DNA of 64,000 nt from Acidimicrobiia bacterium (GCA_965248705.1 CBDFJY010000002.1:1322980-1386979), one strand, 5' to 3'; counted from the stretch's first letter, positions 36,374-46,740 are shown. Notes: a model not told the origin generated them from the sequence alone. Program-made: numbers and translations.

Positions 36374-37183
36374 ATGTCGGAGGACCAGAGATACAGGACA
36401 TCAGAGAACGAGTTGATGCGGCGATTGTTGAATGCGGGAATAGAAGTGACTGGGGGTTCGGCTACCAGTGTCGTAAGTGCCGCGCTTGGCTTCCTCGTAG
36501 CTGGTCCGGTTGGGGTGGCGATTGGCGGTGCGGCCGGTGCGGGTCTCATGATGGCATTGAGGAAGGTCGGTAGTGAGGTTGATCAACGCTTGCTGGGCCC
36601 GAGAGAAAGAAGACGTGTCGGAGAAGTGTTGACCCTTGGGGCAGTGGCGATTCAAAAGCGTATCAAGAGGGGAGACATTCTCCGTACTGATGGGTTTTTT
36701 GACTCTAAGCAGTCAGGGAGATCGGATGCGGAGGAAGTCGCAGAAAGCGTGTTGCTAAAAAGCCAGAGAGAACCTGAGGAACAAAAACTGCCGTACATGG
36801 CGCACCTGTTGGCGAACATATCCTTTGATATCGAGATCAGCCCAGAGATGGCGCATCAGATTACGAAGGCTGCCGAACAACTTACCTATCGGCAACTCTG
36901 TTTGCTTAAGCTCGCGGTCAATAAAGACGCATACGGTCTACGTCGCGCCGACTACAGGGGGCAGGAAGGCTTTTCGAAAGAGCTATATCAGGTGCTCGAT
37001 GAGTGCTTCGATCTCTATCGCAGGGCGTATGTCAACTTTGGCGGCAAAGTTGCATTCGGCCCTACAGATGTAAAACCTGGGGAGATGACCGTCCAAGGGA
37101 TCGGAGCAGACATGTTCAACCTTATGGATCTCTCCTTGGTTCCAAATGAAGACATAGAGCCAATGGCTATGCGACTGCAATGA
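36374..37183 (+). CDS. hypothetical protein with an N-terminal glycine-zipper transmembrane segment (low-GC gene)
   Basis: GGSATSVVSAALGFLVAGPVGVAIGGAAGAGLMMAL glycine zipper, followed by a roughly 200-aa soluble domain. GC is clearly below that of the flanking genes. No family recognised. Confidence 0.45.
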   Translation: MSEDQRYRTSENELMRRLLNAGIEVTGGSATSVVSAALGFLVAGPVGVAIGGAAGAGLMMALRKVGSEVDQRLLGPRERRRVGEVLTLGAVAIQKRIKRGDILRTDGFFDSKQSGRSDAEEVAESVLLKSQREPEEQKLPYMAHLLANISFDIEISPEMAHQITKAAEQLTYRQLCLLKLAVNKDAYGLRRADYRGQEGFSKELYQVLDECFDLYRRAYVNFGGKVAFGPTDVKPGEMTVQGIGADMFNLMDLSLVPNEDIEPMAMRLQ

Positions 37184-37220
37184 TGAAAAACCCGGGAGCC
37201 TGAGGGGTACGGGGTGGGGG

Positions 37221-37874
37221 CTACAGCAGCACCGCGTGGATTTCGCCGGGTCCGTGCACTCCTTTGGTAAGGATAAGTTCGATGTCTCCGGTGCGGCTGG
37301 GTCCGGTTATGACCACCATGTTTGCCAATAGTTCGGGCGATTCGGCATGTGCCGCCCAATGTGAGAGGGAGCGGAAGATTCGGTCGGTGGGTACCAGCAC
37401 TATGTGCACCGCCGGGATCACCGAGGCCAGCCGGGACCGTCCCCGTCCGGAAGCCACCACCATTGAGCCGGACTCGGCGAAGGCGGCCACAGCCGCGGAG
37501 ACTCCCACCTTTGCGTCCATGTAGCCCATCTGATGGGGGATCCGGCCGTCCGGGTCCGAAGGCAGGACGGTCTCGGTCCGCCGGTATCCCTTCTTTGCCA
37601 GAGCGGCCAGTAATCCGTCGGCGGGAAGCTGCTCGTCGTCCCAGGCCAGGAACTTCGCCGCCTGGCGTTCCTCCATAATCCCGGTTATCACTTCCAGGGG
37701 CGATTGGCGGTGGACGATCCCGTCCAGCGCTTGGAAGGCCTCGACGAAGTGAGCGGTCAGGTCTACGTCGGCCAGGTCGGGGAGGGCATGGCCGGGATGG
37801 GGAGCGGGAAGCCCGGGGAGAGAACCGGCCCCCACCGCTTCTTCGACCCGCTTCAGAAACCGGCTACGCTCCAC
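37221..37874 (-). CDS. lutC: lactate utilization protein C (LutC/YkgG, LUD domain)
   Basis: The conserved core begins near VERSRFLKRVEEAVG, probably from the GTG near 37874. Operon position after lutB. The annotated longer ORF has an Arg/Trp-rich junk N-terminus. Confidence 0.55.
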   Translation of the reverse strand: MERSRFLKRVEEAVGAGSLPGLPAPHPGHALPDLADVDLTAHFVEAFQALDGIVHRQSPLEVITGIMEERQAAKFLAWDDEQLPADGLLAALAKKGYRRTETVLPSDPDGRIPHQMGYMDAKVGVSAAVAAFAESGSMVVASGRGRSRLASVIPAVHIVLVPTDRIFRSLSHWAAHAESPELLANMVVITGPSRTGDIELILTKGVHGPGEIHAVLL

Positions 37875-39267
37875 CGCGGTTCTCTTTCCACCATTGCCGG
37901 AAAGACTGGGTCGCCGGCGACGGAAAGTCCCGGCTGTTGGTCCACCCCTTGGCGTGAAAGGGCAGGTGGCGGAACCACTCGTCCTTCTTTTTGATCCGTC
38001 CTGCCACTCGCCCGGCCGCCAGCACCGTCTTCCACAGCGCGGGGCGTTTGCCCACCTGTCGGTAGACCGCCAGCCCCGGTCCCATCCATCGGAACGGATC
38101 ATTCTCCTTGGTTGCCCGAACCCGTTGGTTCACCAACAGCTTGGGGATGTCGATCCGCACCGGGCACACCTCTCGGCACGCTCCGCACAGGCTGGAGGCG
38201 TAGGGCAGGTCGACCCATTCCTTGAAATCCGCCAGCCCGGGCGCCAGCACCGCGCCCACCGGACCCGAATAGACCTGTCCGTAGGCATGGCCGCCCACCT
38301 CTCGGAAGACGGGGCAGACGTTCAGGCAGGCCCCGCAGCGGATGCAGGCCAGTATCTCGGAGGCGTCGCTTGCCAGGACCAGGCTGCGTCCGTTGTCCAC
38401 GATCACCACCACGAACTCGTCGGGTCCGTCCGGATCGCCGGGTCTTCTCGGCCCGGTTACCACATTGGTGTAGACACTGAGCCGCTGACCCGTGGCTGAT
38501 CGGGCCAGTATCTCCACAATGGTGGCCGCGTCACGGAAAGTGGGAACCAGCCTCTCCATGCCCATCACTGCGATGTGCATCCGGGGGGCGGCGGTGGTCA
38601 GCCAGCCGTTGCCCTCGTTGGTGACGGTTATGATCGACCCGGTCTCGGCTATTCCCATGTTCACCCCCGAGATACCCACATCGGCGGAGAGGAAAAAACG
38701 GCGCAGGTGGCGGCGGGCCACCTTGTTGAGTTCTTCGTGATCATCGGTGTAGGGAATACCCAGCCGCTCGTGGAAAAGAGTGCCGATGTCTTGGCGGGTG
38801 AGGTGCATCACCGGCGCAATGATGTGTGAAGGATGATCCTCGGCCAGTTGGGCGATGAACTCTCCCAGGTCGGTCTCCACCACGGTGTGCCCCTCGCTCT
38901 GTAGGTGGTGGTTAAGTTCGAGTTCTTCGGTGACCATCGACTTGGATTTGATCACCAACGACTCTCTTTTCCCCCCGACCAGGCTGGCGATTAGTTCATT
39001 GGCTTCCGCCGCGTCGTCCGCCCAAAGCACTTTGCCTCCGGCTCGCTCAACTCCTTCGGCGAACTGATCCAGGTAGCTGTGGAGGTTGGCCAGGGTGTGT
39101 AGCCGGATTTCCCGGGCCCGGTCCCGGGTCTCCTCCATGGCCGTGAAATCGTCGACCGCCCACTGGCGCTGGGAGGTGAAGCGGCGAGCCGCCCGGCCCA
39201 CCGCCGATGGTTTGGAGGTAGCCATTTGCTCAATGGCGCGGCGACGGAAGGTGACCGGTTGGTTCAT
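37864..39267 (-). CDS. lutB: lactate utilization protein B (LutB/YkgF, 4Fe-4S cluster-binding)
   Basis: Start trimmed to MNQPVTFRRRA (RBS GGAGGAATCGGAGAA). Two CxxCxxCxxxCP ferredoxin motifs (CIRCGACLNVCP, CGACREVCP). Confidence 0.85.
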   Translation of the reverse strand: MNQPVTFRRRAIEQMATSKPSAVGRAARRFTSQRQWAVDDFTAMEETRDRAREIRLHTLANLHSYLDQFAEGVERAGGKVLWADDAAEANELIASLVGGKRESLVIKSKSMVTEELELNHHLQSEGHTVVETDLGEFIAQLAEDHPSHIIAPVMHLTRQDIGTLFHERLGIPYTDDHEELNKVARRHLRRFFLSADVGISGVNMGIAETGSIITVTNEGNGWLTTAAPRMHIAVMGMERLVPTFRDAATIVEILARSATGQRLSVYTNVVTGPRRPGDPDGPDEFVVVIVDNGRSLVLASDASEILACIRCGACLNVCPVFREVGGHAYGQVYSGPVGAVLAPGLADFKEWVDLPYASSLCGACREVCPVRIDIPKLLVNQRVRATKENDPFRWMGPGLAVYRQVGKRPALWKTVLAAGRVAGRIKKKDEWFRHLPFHAKGWTNSRDFPSPATQSFRQWWKENRGGA

Positions 39268-40040
39268 TTCTCCGATTCCTCCGCACGGCCGCCGACCAGC
39301 GCCGAGGCGATGTGCAGCACCTGCATGCGGTTTTCCCGGCGCCGGAGGCCCCCTTCCAGGTGTATTAGGCAGGCCGCGTCCGCTCCCACCAGCATCTCGA
39401 CGCCCGCTTCTTCCAACTGATCCAGCTTGGTGTTCATGATCTCGGTGGAAATCTCGGGCATTTCCACCGAGAACAGGCCACCGAACCCACAGCAGTCCTC
39501 GGCGCCTTCGATCTCCACCCGCTCCACCCCTTTCACCGATTCCAACAGCGTCTCCCCTTCCCGGCGCAGACCCAGGCCGCGGAGTGCATGACATGAAGGG
39601 TGGTAGAAAGCCCGGCGCGACGGCTCCGAGCTCCGATGATCGCTTGTTTTCGGTTGGTCGGCTACGTCTTCTCCCCGTCTTTCGACCGCATAGGAGGTGA
39701 ATTCTCGGATTCGCGCGGCGACTCGCTCGGCCAAAGCAGCCTTTTCCGGGCGGTCGGCTGCCAGCCGCGGGCCGTGATGCATAAGGAAGTCCGCACAGGA
39801 GCCGGAGGGAATCACTATGGGGCCGTCGGTGGCGTCCAGCACCTCCAGATTGTGGATCAGCACCTCGGTCGATGCCCGACGATGCCCGGCGTTGTAGGCG
39901 GGCTGGCCACAGCAGGTTTGATTTGTGGGAAACTCCACCGTTACGCCACTCCGTTCCAGCTCTGCCACTACATCCCGGCCCACTTGCGGGAAGACCGCGT
40001 CAATAACGCAGGTGACGAACAGTTGAACGGTTTCGGACAT
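39264..40040 (-). CDS. lutA: lactate utilization protein A (LutA/YkgE, CCG-domain Fe-S oxidoreductase)
   Basis: Two Cys-rich CCG motifs (..TCCGQPAYNAG.., ..DCCGFGGLFS..). Confidence 0.85.
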   Translation of the reverse strand: MSETVQLFVTCVIDAVFPQVGRDVVAELERSGVTVEFPTNQTCCGQPAYNAGHRRASTEVLIHNLEVLDATDGPIVIPSGSCADFLMHHGPRLAADRPEKAALAERVAARIREFTSYAVERRGEDVADQPKTSDHRSSEPSRRAFYHPSCHALRGLGLRREGETLLESVKGVERVEIEGAEDCCGFGGLFSVEMPEISTEIMNTKLDQLEEAGVEMLVGADAACLIHLEGGLRRRENRMQVLHIASALVGGRAEESEK

Positions 40041-40093
40041 GGATGAGACAATACAGAGGCTTGCGCCGCTGACTTGCCAAACTAGGCAGGGTC

Positions 40094-40942
40094 ATGCCGG
40101 ATTTTGGGTTACGCGTCGCCCCGCCCTACCGCGGCCCGATTCATGGAGTGATTCTCGACTGGAGCGGAACTGTTTGCGACGCATATGTGATTGCTCCGGC
40201 CAGGGTGTTTGTGGAAGTGTTCAGGAGAAGAGGGGTGGAGATCAGCATGAGCGAGGCTCGCGGGCCGATGGGCTTGACCAAGGATCTTCACATCAAGAAG
40301 CTGATCGAGGTTCCCGTCATTCGAGAAAGGTGGCGAGCGGTCCACAGCAGGTATCCCGATCAGACCGACGCGGAGGACATGTTCGAAGATTTCGTGCCTC
40401 TCCAGATCGAATGTCTGCCCGATCACGCGGCGCTCTTGCCGGGGGTTAGTGAGATGGCCGGAACGTTGCAGCGGGACTATGGCATCAAGATCGGCATGAC
40501 CACCGGCTTTACCCGGCCGATGGTCGATGTCTTGTTGGAGCACACCCGGATTCAGGGCTTTTTTCCCGACTGCACGGTGGCGGGCGACGAAGTGGCGCAC
40601 GGCGCCAGGCCCCGTCCTTTCATGGTGTATCGCAACCTCGATCTCTTGGATGTCCATCCCATCCGGTCGGTGGTCAAAGTGGATGACACCACCTCGGGAG
40701 TGGGGGAGGGGCTGGCGGCGGGATGCTGGTCGGTGGGGATCGCTCGGTACAGCAACTATATGAATGCCGACACTTTGGAGGAGGCCCGGGACTGGTCGCC
40801 GGCGCAGGTGGCAGAACGCCTCGAAGGTGTCCGCCGCTTGCTGTGGGAGGCGGGCGCCCACTATGTGATAGACGAGCCATTGGAATTGTTGGGGGTGGTG
40901 GACGACATCAATGTCCGGTTGGGGAGGGGCGAGCAGCCGTAG
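40094..40942 (+). CDS. phnX: phosphonoacetaldehyde hydrolase (HAD family, PhnX)
   Basis: VILDWSGTVCDAY..ARGPMGL..GIKIGMTTGFTRPMVD..KVDDTTSGVGEG follows the PhnX signature (DWAGT..ARKPMGL..GIKIG.TTGYTR.M.D..KVGDT..D). The start may be a few codons downstream. Confidence 0.7.
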   Translation: MPDFGLRVAPPYRGPIHGVILDWSGTVCDAYVIAPARVFVEVFRRRGVEISMSEARGPMGLTKDLHIKKLIEVPVIRERWRAVHSRYPDQTDAEDMFEDFVPLQIECLPDHAALLPGVSEMAGTLQRDYGIKIGMTTGFTRPMVDVLLEHTRIQGFFPDCTVAGDEVAHGARPRPFMVYRNLDLLDVHPIRSVVKVDDTTSGVGEGLAAGCWSVGIARYSNYMNADTLEEARDWSPAQVAERLEGVRRLLWEAGAHYVIDEPLELLGVVDDINVRLGRGEQP

Positions 40943-41012
40943 CGGTTACCACTCCCAGAAGATAAGACTTTTTAGCGATATTTCCGTGTTTTGGTGCTAC
41001 TCTTTTAGAGAC

Positions 41013-42008
41013 ATGTTTAACCTCGCTTCTCAGGCTCTTTTTCGTCGAATTCTTTGGCCAGCGCTGTTGATGATCCTGGTGGCGGCAACAGCCTGCGGCG
41101 GCGACGACGGGGAAGAACCCGATGCTACCGCTTCCGCGGATGGGGGGACGGTTGCGACTGCGGATGGGACTTCGGCGGGTAACGGGACGGGTACCACCAC
41201 GGACGCCGCTCCCACCCCCTCTGAGGCGCCTGCTACCACTACCGCCACAACCCTTCCTCCCCGACGGAGCATGGGAGTGGTGTTGCTTGCTCCCGATGAC
41301 GCAAACAACAGCTTGAACATTCGGGAAGGCCCCGGCACCGACAATCCCGTCGTCGGTGAACTTCTGCCGGCTCAAGCAGAACTTTCTCCCACCGGCGACA
41401 TTGAGGTGGTTGAAGGTCGGGTGTGGCATGAACTGCTGACCGCAGAGTTTGGGGGATGGGTGTACGGCTATTACCTCACCGAGATTTGGACGCCCGCAGA
41501 GGTCGAGGAGGAGTGGGACTGGGAGTTGGCTCTCGACGACTTCGCCAACGCTCTGGTATTGGGTGAAGGCTTGACGGAGACCGTGTCTTGGAGAGGCCTC
41601 TTCGCCATCTATTTCGACCAGACCCTGCGTCGTTGGACACCTGAGGAGTTGCCTGGCCTTGCGGCGGACGAAACCGAGTTGCAATGGTCCAACACCGGAG
41701 CCTCGGCCGAGGAGGGTGACGCCACAGTCGGAACATGGAAAGAGGTAATCGCCGATGCCTTCTTGTCCGATTATCTCGATTCGGATGTGGAGATCGAGGA
41801 GGGAGGCCTGACTCTGGGCCCCAACGCGGTTCTGCCGGGTTCAGCTATCTCCTCGGCCTTCGCCAACTTCCCATGGGTGGCCATACACGATCCGGGAGAC
41901 GATGAGAACCTGGACGGACTCGACTGGTCCACCTGGCTGGTGTTCATGGAGTTGGAAGAGGGCGAATCCCGAGTGGTAGGTCTCCAACCGCAGTTCGGCT
42001 ATCCCTGA
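41013..42008 (+). CDS. secreted lipoprotein of unknown function
   Basis: Start trimmed to MFNLASQALFRRILWPALLMILVAATACGG (lipobox). A Thr/Ala-rich linker, then an acidic Trp-rich domain. Confidence 0.5.
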   Translation: MFNLASQALFRRILWPALLMILVAATACGGDDGEEPDATASADGGTVATADGTSAGNGTGTTTDAAPTPSEAPATTTATTLPPRRSMGVVLLAPDDANNSLNIREGPGTDNPVVGELLPAQAELSPTGDIEVVEGRVWHELLTAEFGGWVYGYYLTEIWTPAEVEEEWDWELALDDFANALVLGEGLTETVSWRGLFAIYFDQTLRRWTPEELPGLAADETELQWSNTGASAEEGDATVGTWKEVIADAFLSDYLDSDVEIEEGGLTLGPNAVLPGSAISSAFANFPWVAIHDPGDDENLDGLDWSTWLVFMELEEGESRVVGLQPQFGYP

Positions 42009-42327
42009 GCGGATTGCCCAGCGGTGGGGACGGACACCTGATCTGAAAACGCCGTCCAATCCTATCTCGCGAAAATCGCTCCTGAATTTCCCCTGCCAGG
42101 GCCCTCCCCCGCCACCAGCCTACCGTTGGTCAAAAACGCGCTCCGCCGGTCCCTGAGGGGTCGTTTTTGAAAGAAAATAATCCCTGGAGCGGCCTGAACG
42201 ACGCGTCGGATCAGACCGTGAGGTTGTTGTGACTACTTACCACTATGGGCCGGGCCTGGGATAAGAGTCAAGCCTTGCTAAGGCCGTTTTTTCCCAACTA
42301 TGTGATGTGGAGCGTTAAGCCGGGAAG

Positions 42328-42882
42328 CTATACCCAGGCTTCTATCCGGTCGGCCAGATAAACGCTGACCTCTTTTGCCAAATCCAGGGTTTCGCACAGT
42401 TGCTCGCGACCCATCACCATCTCCACCAGGGAGATATGCACGGTTCCGGTGATCATCAGGCGACGTTGGGGAGACTCGCCCAGCGGTGCGTAGGAGTCGA
42501 TCGCCTGCACCTCGATGGGGAGAGAGAGGTTTCCCACCCCGGCCAGATCGGTGGCCAGCACCAACAGGTCGGGTGGGTTGGTGAGAGGGGGAACCGACCA
42601 GTTGAAGTACAAATGCATCTGATAGATGTCCTCGGGTTCCTCGAAATCGTCTTCCATCTCGTCCAGGCGGTCGATGAGGGCGAGGAGCGCTCGGGGTTCT
42701 ACATCCAGCGACAAGTGGAGGTCGATCGGCAGGTTGCAGGACTCAGCGGGATGCAGGTCCACCTCCCAAGACTGGCGAAGAGAGTAGGTCTCCACGAAGT
42801 GCCGCTCGTCGTGGATATGAAATCCGTGTTTGATCGCGTGTTCTTTGACGTTGTGGATGAACCCGGCGATATCGATGGACAT
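42328..42882 (-). CDS. hypothetical protein
   Basis: 184-aa ORF with no recognised motifs. Moderate GC. Confidence 0.35.
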   Translation of the reverse strand: MSIDIAGFIHNVKEHAIKHGFHIHDERHFVETYSLRQSWEVDLHPAESCNLPIDLHLSLDVEPRALLALIDRLDEMEDDFEEPEDIYQMHLYFNWSVPPLTNPPDLLVLATDLAGVGNLSLPIEVQAIDSYAPLGESPQRRLMITGTVHISLVEMVMGREQLCETLDLAKEVSVYLADRIEAWV

Positions 42883-43034
42883 ACTGGCAAGAGATTACCG
42901 GAGCGGATGACTAACAGATCGATCCGGCGTTGGAAATGTTTGGCGGGACGCGTCAGCCAGATGAGGTAAATCAACGAACGCCTGCCCGGTGCGGAGCCGT
43001 AACATTGATGGTGGGGTTGACCAAAGGATTATCG

Positions 43035-44048
43035 ATGATCATCGTGATGCGAAAAGATGCCACCCAGGATCAGATCAAGGTGGTGGTGAACAGGCTTGAG
43101 TCGATAGATTGCGAAGCACATGTGTCGGTGGGACGTTTTAGAACTGTTATCGGGGCGGTGGGTGATCGCCAGCAAATCCTGCAGCTACCGCTGGAGGCGC
43201 TGGGCGGAGTGGAGCGGGCGGTGCCGGTGATGAGGCCTTACAAGCTGGTTAGTCGCGAGTTTCGGGAGACCAACACGGTGGTCGAGATCAGGGGGGTAAG
43301 AATCGGAGACGGCTCGTTCACTGCCATCGCCGGGCCGTGCGCGGTGGAATCGCGCGACCTGTTGTTCGAGACAGCCGCGGCCGTCAAAGAAGCGGGCGCC
43401 ACCGTGCTGCGGGGAGATGCCTTCAAGCCGCGCACTTCTCCCTTTTCCTTCCAGGGGCTGAAAGAGAAGGCGCTGATTTTTCTGGCCGAGGCTCGCGAGG
43501 AATTCGATATGCCCTTCGTGGCCGAGGTGCTGGACCCCAGAGATGTGAAACTGGTAGCCGAATACGCCGATATGCTTCGCATCGGCACCCGCAATATGTC
43601 CAACTTCGCTCTTTTGACCGAGGTGGGCCGCACCAACACTCCGGTAATGCTCAAGCGAGGCTTCACAGCCACTCTGGAAGAATGGTTGAACGCTGCCGAG
43701 TACATCTACAAGGAGGGAAACCAGGAGATCGTATTGGCGGAGCGGGGCATCCGCACTTTCGAGACCGCTTCCCGCAACACCCTCGATATCACCGCGGTTC
43801 CCCTGCTTAAGGAGTTTTCGCATCTGCCGGTGCTTATTGATCCTTCCCACTCCTCGGGCAAAAGACAATTGGTGGCACCCCTTTCCCGGGCGGCTTTGGC
43901 GGTGGGATCTGATGGAATCATGATCGATGTTCATCCTGTCCCCGAGCAAGCTCTGGTCGACGGTTCCCAGGCGATTCTGCCCGAAGAGTTCGCCGAGTTG
44001 ATGAAAAGCATTGAGGTGATAGCCAAAGCTCTTTGCATTCCCATCTAG
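43035..44048 (+). CDS. aroG: 3-deoxy-7-phosphoheptulonate (DAHP) synthase, type I-beta with N-terminal regulatory domain
   Basis: Start trimmed to MIIVMRKDATQDQIKVV (ferredoxin-like regulatory domain). Core motifs ..AGPCAVES.. and ..LKRG..AT..EW... Its stop abuts the tyrA start. Confidence 0.75.
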   Translation: MIIVMRKDATQDQIKVVVNRLESIDCEAHVSVGRFRTVIGAVGDRQQILQLPLEALGGVERAVPVMRPYKLVSREFRETNTVVEIRGVRIGDGSFTAIAGPCAVESRDLLFETAAAVKEAGATVLRGDAFKPRTSPFSFQGLKEKALIFLAEAREEFDMPFVAEVLDPRDVKLVAEYADMLRIGTRNMSNFALLTEVGRTNTPVMLKRGFTATLEEWLNAAEYIYKEGNQEIVLAERGIRTFETASRNTLDITAVPLLKEFSHLPVLIDPSHSSGKRQLVAPLSRAALAVGSDGIMIDVHPVPEQALVDGSQAILPEEFAELMKSIEVIAKALCIPI

Positions 44049-45131
44049 ATGCGTTCGGTCACCATTGTCGGTACCGGGCTGATCGGGACTTCGATCGGGA
44101 TCGGGCTTTCCGGCGCCGGATGGGAAGTGTGCGGATGGGACACCAACCCCCAACATCTTGCTCAGGCGGTTTCCATAGGGGCGGTCGCAAAGCAGGCATC
44201 CAGTTTCGAGGAGGCAGTCACCGCCTCGGAGTTGGTAATTCTGGCGGTCTCTCCCAAGGGCACGATTTCTATGCTTTCAGACTTGCGCACCCAGGCGTTG
44301 GTCACCGATGTGGCGGGAATCAAACAGCCAGTGGTGGAAGCCGCCGCTGGTCTTTCCCGGTTTGTGGGCGGCCATCCTATGTCCGGACGGGAGGTCTCGG
44401 GTCCGCTCGGAGCCAGCGGGGGGCTTTTCCGAGGCGCCACTTGGGTGCTCACCACCGACCACGCCGCTCCGAACGACCTGGAAACGCTTTCGGAAGTAGT
44501 GCGGTCACTGGACGCCCATCCGGTGGAAATGACCGCCGCTCGTCACGACCACATAGTGGCGCTGGTCAGCCACCTTCCCATGGTGCTGGCCGCCACCTTG
44601 GTCGACCAGTTGACCACGACCGGCCAATCCGCCGACACTTTGGTGGCGGGAGGATTCCGCGACCTGACCAGGATTGCGCTGTCGAGTTCGGACTGGTGGG
44701 CGGACCTGTTGGTGGCAAACCGTCGATCTCTTGTCTCTGTGCTTCGGAACATGTCGGCCGGGTTGGAGGACTGGGCGAAGCACCTGGACGAGTTAGAACT
44801 GGAATGGGTCTCCGAATTGTTGGGTTCGGCACGACAGACGCGTGCCGGGCTCGCTCCACCCGGAGAAAGCGTAGGGGTGCTCTTGGATGACCATCCGGGG
44901 GAGATTGCCCGGGTGGGCCATGCGCTGGCGGAGAGCGGAGTGGATATACGGGATTTGCAACTTCGTCACTCCACTCATGGCGGAGGGGGTGTGCTCACCC
45001 TGTCAGTCCGACCGAAAGAGGCCGCCAGTCTGCGGGACGCCCTGATCTTGGAGGGGTTCCGGATTCTGGAGATTGAGTCCGGAGAGCGACCCTTAGCCGA
45101 CGATCGGTTGGGACAAAAGGCCCAGCACTGA
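44049..45131 (+). CDS. tyrA: prephenate dehydrogenase with C-terminal ACT domain
   Basis: MRSVTIVGTGLIGTSIGIGL NAD-binding motif, ..GGHPMSGRE.., and a C-terminal ACT-like region. Confidence 0.8.
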   Translation: MRSVTIVGTGLIGTSIGIGLSGAGWEVCGWDTNPQHLAQAVSIGAVAKQASSFEEAVTASELVILAVSPKGTISMLSDLRTQALVTDVAGIKQPVVEAAAGLSRFVGGHPMSGREVSGPLGASGGLFRGATWVLTTDHAAPNDLETLSEVVRSLDAHPVEMTAARHDHIVALVSHLPMVLAATLVDQLTTTGQSADTLVAGGFRDLTRIALSSSDWWADLLVANRRSLVSVLRNMSAGLEDWAKHLDELELEWVSELLGSARQTRAGLAPPGESVGVLLDDHPGEIARVGHALAESGVDIRDLQLRHSTHGGGGVLTLSVRPKEAASLRDALILEGFRILEIESGERPLADDRLGQKAQH

Positions 45132-46274
45132 GGCTATTCCAATCTTGACCCCGACTTCCAGACAGTCTTCGTCTATCTGGAACCACGCCGAATGGATATC
45201 CCGTCGATTGCCGTCGGTCATGGTGCCCAGCCTCACCATCACGCCCGGCGCGCGGTCGAGGTAGAAGGAAAAATCTTCCGCTCCAAGGGAGGTAAAGGTG
45301 TCCGTCACCGCTGGGCCGCCCAGCAACTCGGTCAGGGAGCGTCGCAGAGTATCGACGGTGGAGGGATCGTTGTACACCGGCGCCAAGACCGGCTGCCATT
45401 CGGTCTGCACCTCTGCTCCAGTGGGCGCCGCGATTTCGGCCGTTAGTCGCCGCACCAGTTGCGGAAGGCGCTCGCGCAGCTGAGGATCGGAGGTGCGGCA
45501 GGTGCCCCTGATCGTCACTTCGGTGGGGATCACGTTCTCGGCTTGGCCTCCCCGTATGGAGCCGAAGGTCAGCGTGAAAGGCAGGCGGGGGTCGACCAGG
45601 CGACCGAGCAGACCGGGGAGTTCGGTGACCACCTTCCCCGCCGCATAGATGAGATCGGTGGTCAGATGAGGTCGGGCGGTGTGGCCTCCCGGGCCCCGGA
45701 GAACTATTCGCATGCGGTCGACCGAACTGGTGATCGGGCCTTCTTTCAATCCCACCTTCCCCACTTCCAAAGAAGCGTCGACATGCAGCGCCGCGATTGC
45801 TTCCACTTCGTCCATCACTCCCTCCTCCACCATCTCCGCCGCTCCACTGGGAACAGACTCCTCAGAGTGTTGGAAGACCATCCGGACTCTGCCCTCCAGG
45901 TGCGGCAGCCTGTTCAGGGCGGCCGCCACCCCCAAACCGATGGCCGCATGGGCGTCGTGGCCGCAGGCGTGCATCACCCCCGGCCTCTCCGACGGGTAGG
46001 CATTGGTGGACGGCTCCTCGATGGGCAACGCGTCCAGATCACAGCGCCAGGCAACCAGACGACCTGCCGATCCGACCTCGGCCACCAGACCTGTCTGGGA
46101 GGGAAACCGAATCCGGGGGTTTATCCCCTGGTTTCCGAGCGCGTCCGCCAGTAGGGCGGTGGTGCGGTGCTCAGAATGCGCCAGCTCCGGATGGCGGTGG
46201 AGCATTCTTCGCACCGCAATCACCTCATCGAGAACTGCCCGGACCGCTTTTTCGATCAGTTTGCGCTCCACCAT
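45093..46274 (-). CDS. M20 family amidohydrolase (N-acyl-amino acid amidohydrolase / hippuricase-like)
   Basis: ..HRHPELAHSEH.., ..MHACGHDAH.., ..FQHSEE.. metal-binding motifs. Confidence 0.8.
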   Translation of the reverse strand: MVERKLIEKAVRAVLDEVIAVRRMLHRHPELAHSEHRTTALLADALGNQGINPRIRFPSQTGLVAEVGSAGRLVAWRCDLDALPIEEPSTNAYPSERPGVMHACGHDAHAAIGLGVAAALNRLPHLEGRVRMVFQHSEESVPSGAAEMVEEGVMDEVEAIAALHVDASLEVGKVGLKEGPITSSVDRMRIVLRGPGGHTARPHLTTDLIYAAGKVVTELPGLLGRLVDPRLPFTLTFGSIRGGQAENVIPTEVTIRGTCRTSDPQLRERLPQLVRRLTAEIAAPTGAEVQTEWQPVLAPVYNDPSTVDTLRRSLTELLGGPAVTDTFTSLGAEDFSFYLDRAPGVMVRLGTMTDGNRRDIHSAWFQIDEDCLEVGVKIGIASVLGLLSQPIVG

Positions 46275-46383
46275 GTCTTCGAGAGGCTATCGAAGAAGCG
46301 GGCGGTGGCGAAGATCGTAGCCCTGACACGCGAAACCAACACCTTGTCGAGAAAACGCTGCCGGAACACTCACCATGGGTCGA

Positions 46384-46740
46384 TCACATGACACCGCTGC
46401 CGATCCACGCCAGTGCGATTCCGGTGAGGGCCAGGGGTACGGTCCGTAACCAGGCGTTTCTCGGTTTCCTCACAGATTCTTCGAGAGTTTCAACCATCCA
46501 CGTCGAAAACGTGGTCAACCCGCCCAGGAGGCCGACCCCAAGCACCAGTCCCAAATCCGAGTGGAGTCGCCCGTTGTCCACGAGGGCGACGACGACCCCG
46601 AGTGCGAAGGCGCCGACCAGATTGACCACCGCCGTGCCGGTTCCTCGTCGACAGCGATCGGCGAACCAGGCCGTCACCAGCCACCGTATGCATGCCCCGA
46701 CCCCACCAGCCAGCGCCACGCCGATGATCACCACGCGATA
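46384..46740 (-). CDS. crcB: fluoride ion channel CrcB/Fluc (second of a tandem pair)
   Basis: Small 4-TM protein. ..GGLTTFSTWMVE.. is the Fluc signature. Likely GTG start overlapping the upstream crcB. Confidence 0.7.
   Translation of the reverse strand, partial: YRVVIIGVALAGGVGACIRWLVTAWFADRCRRGTGTAVVNLVGAFALGVVVALVDNGRLHSDLGLVLGVGLLGGLTTFSTWMVETLEESVRKPRNAWLRTVPLALTGIALAWIGSGVM

Noticed and set aside
42009-42327. 320-bp lower-GC intergenic region with small hairpins (caaaaacg..cgtttttg, gcctt-gcta-aaggc-T6)
   Set aside because: The stems are short (5-8 bp) and far (over 250 nt) from the upstream stop. Weak terminator-like features at best, with no recognisable sRNA or riboswitch signature.
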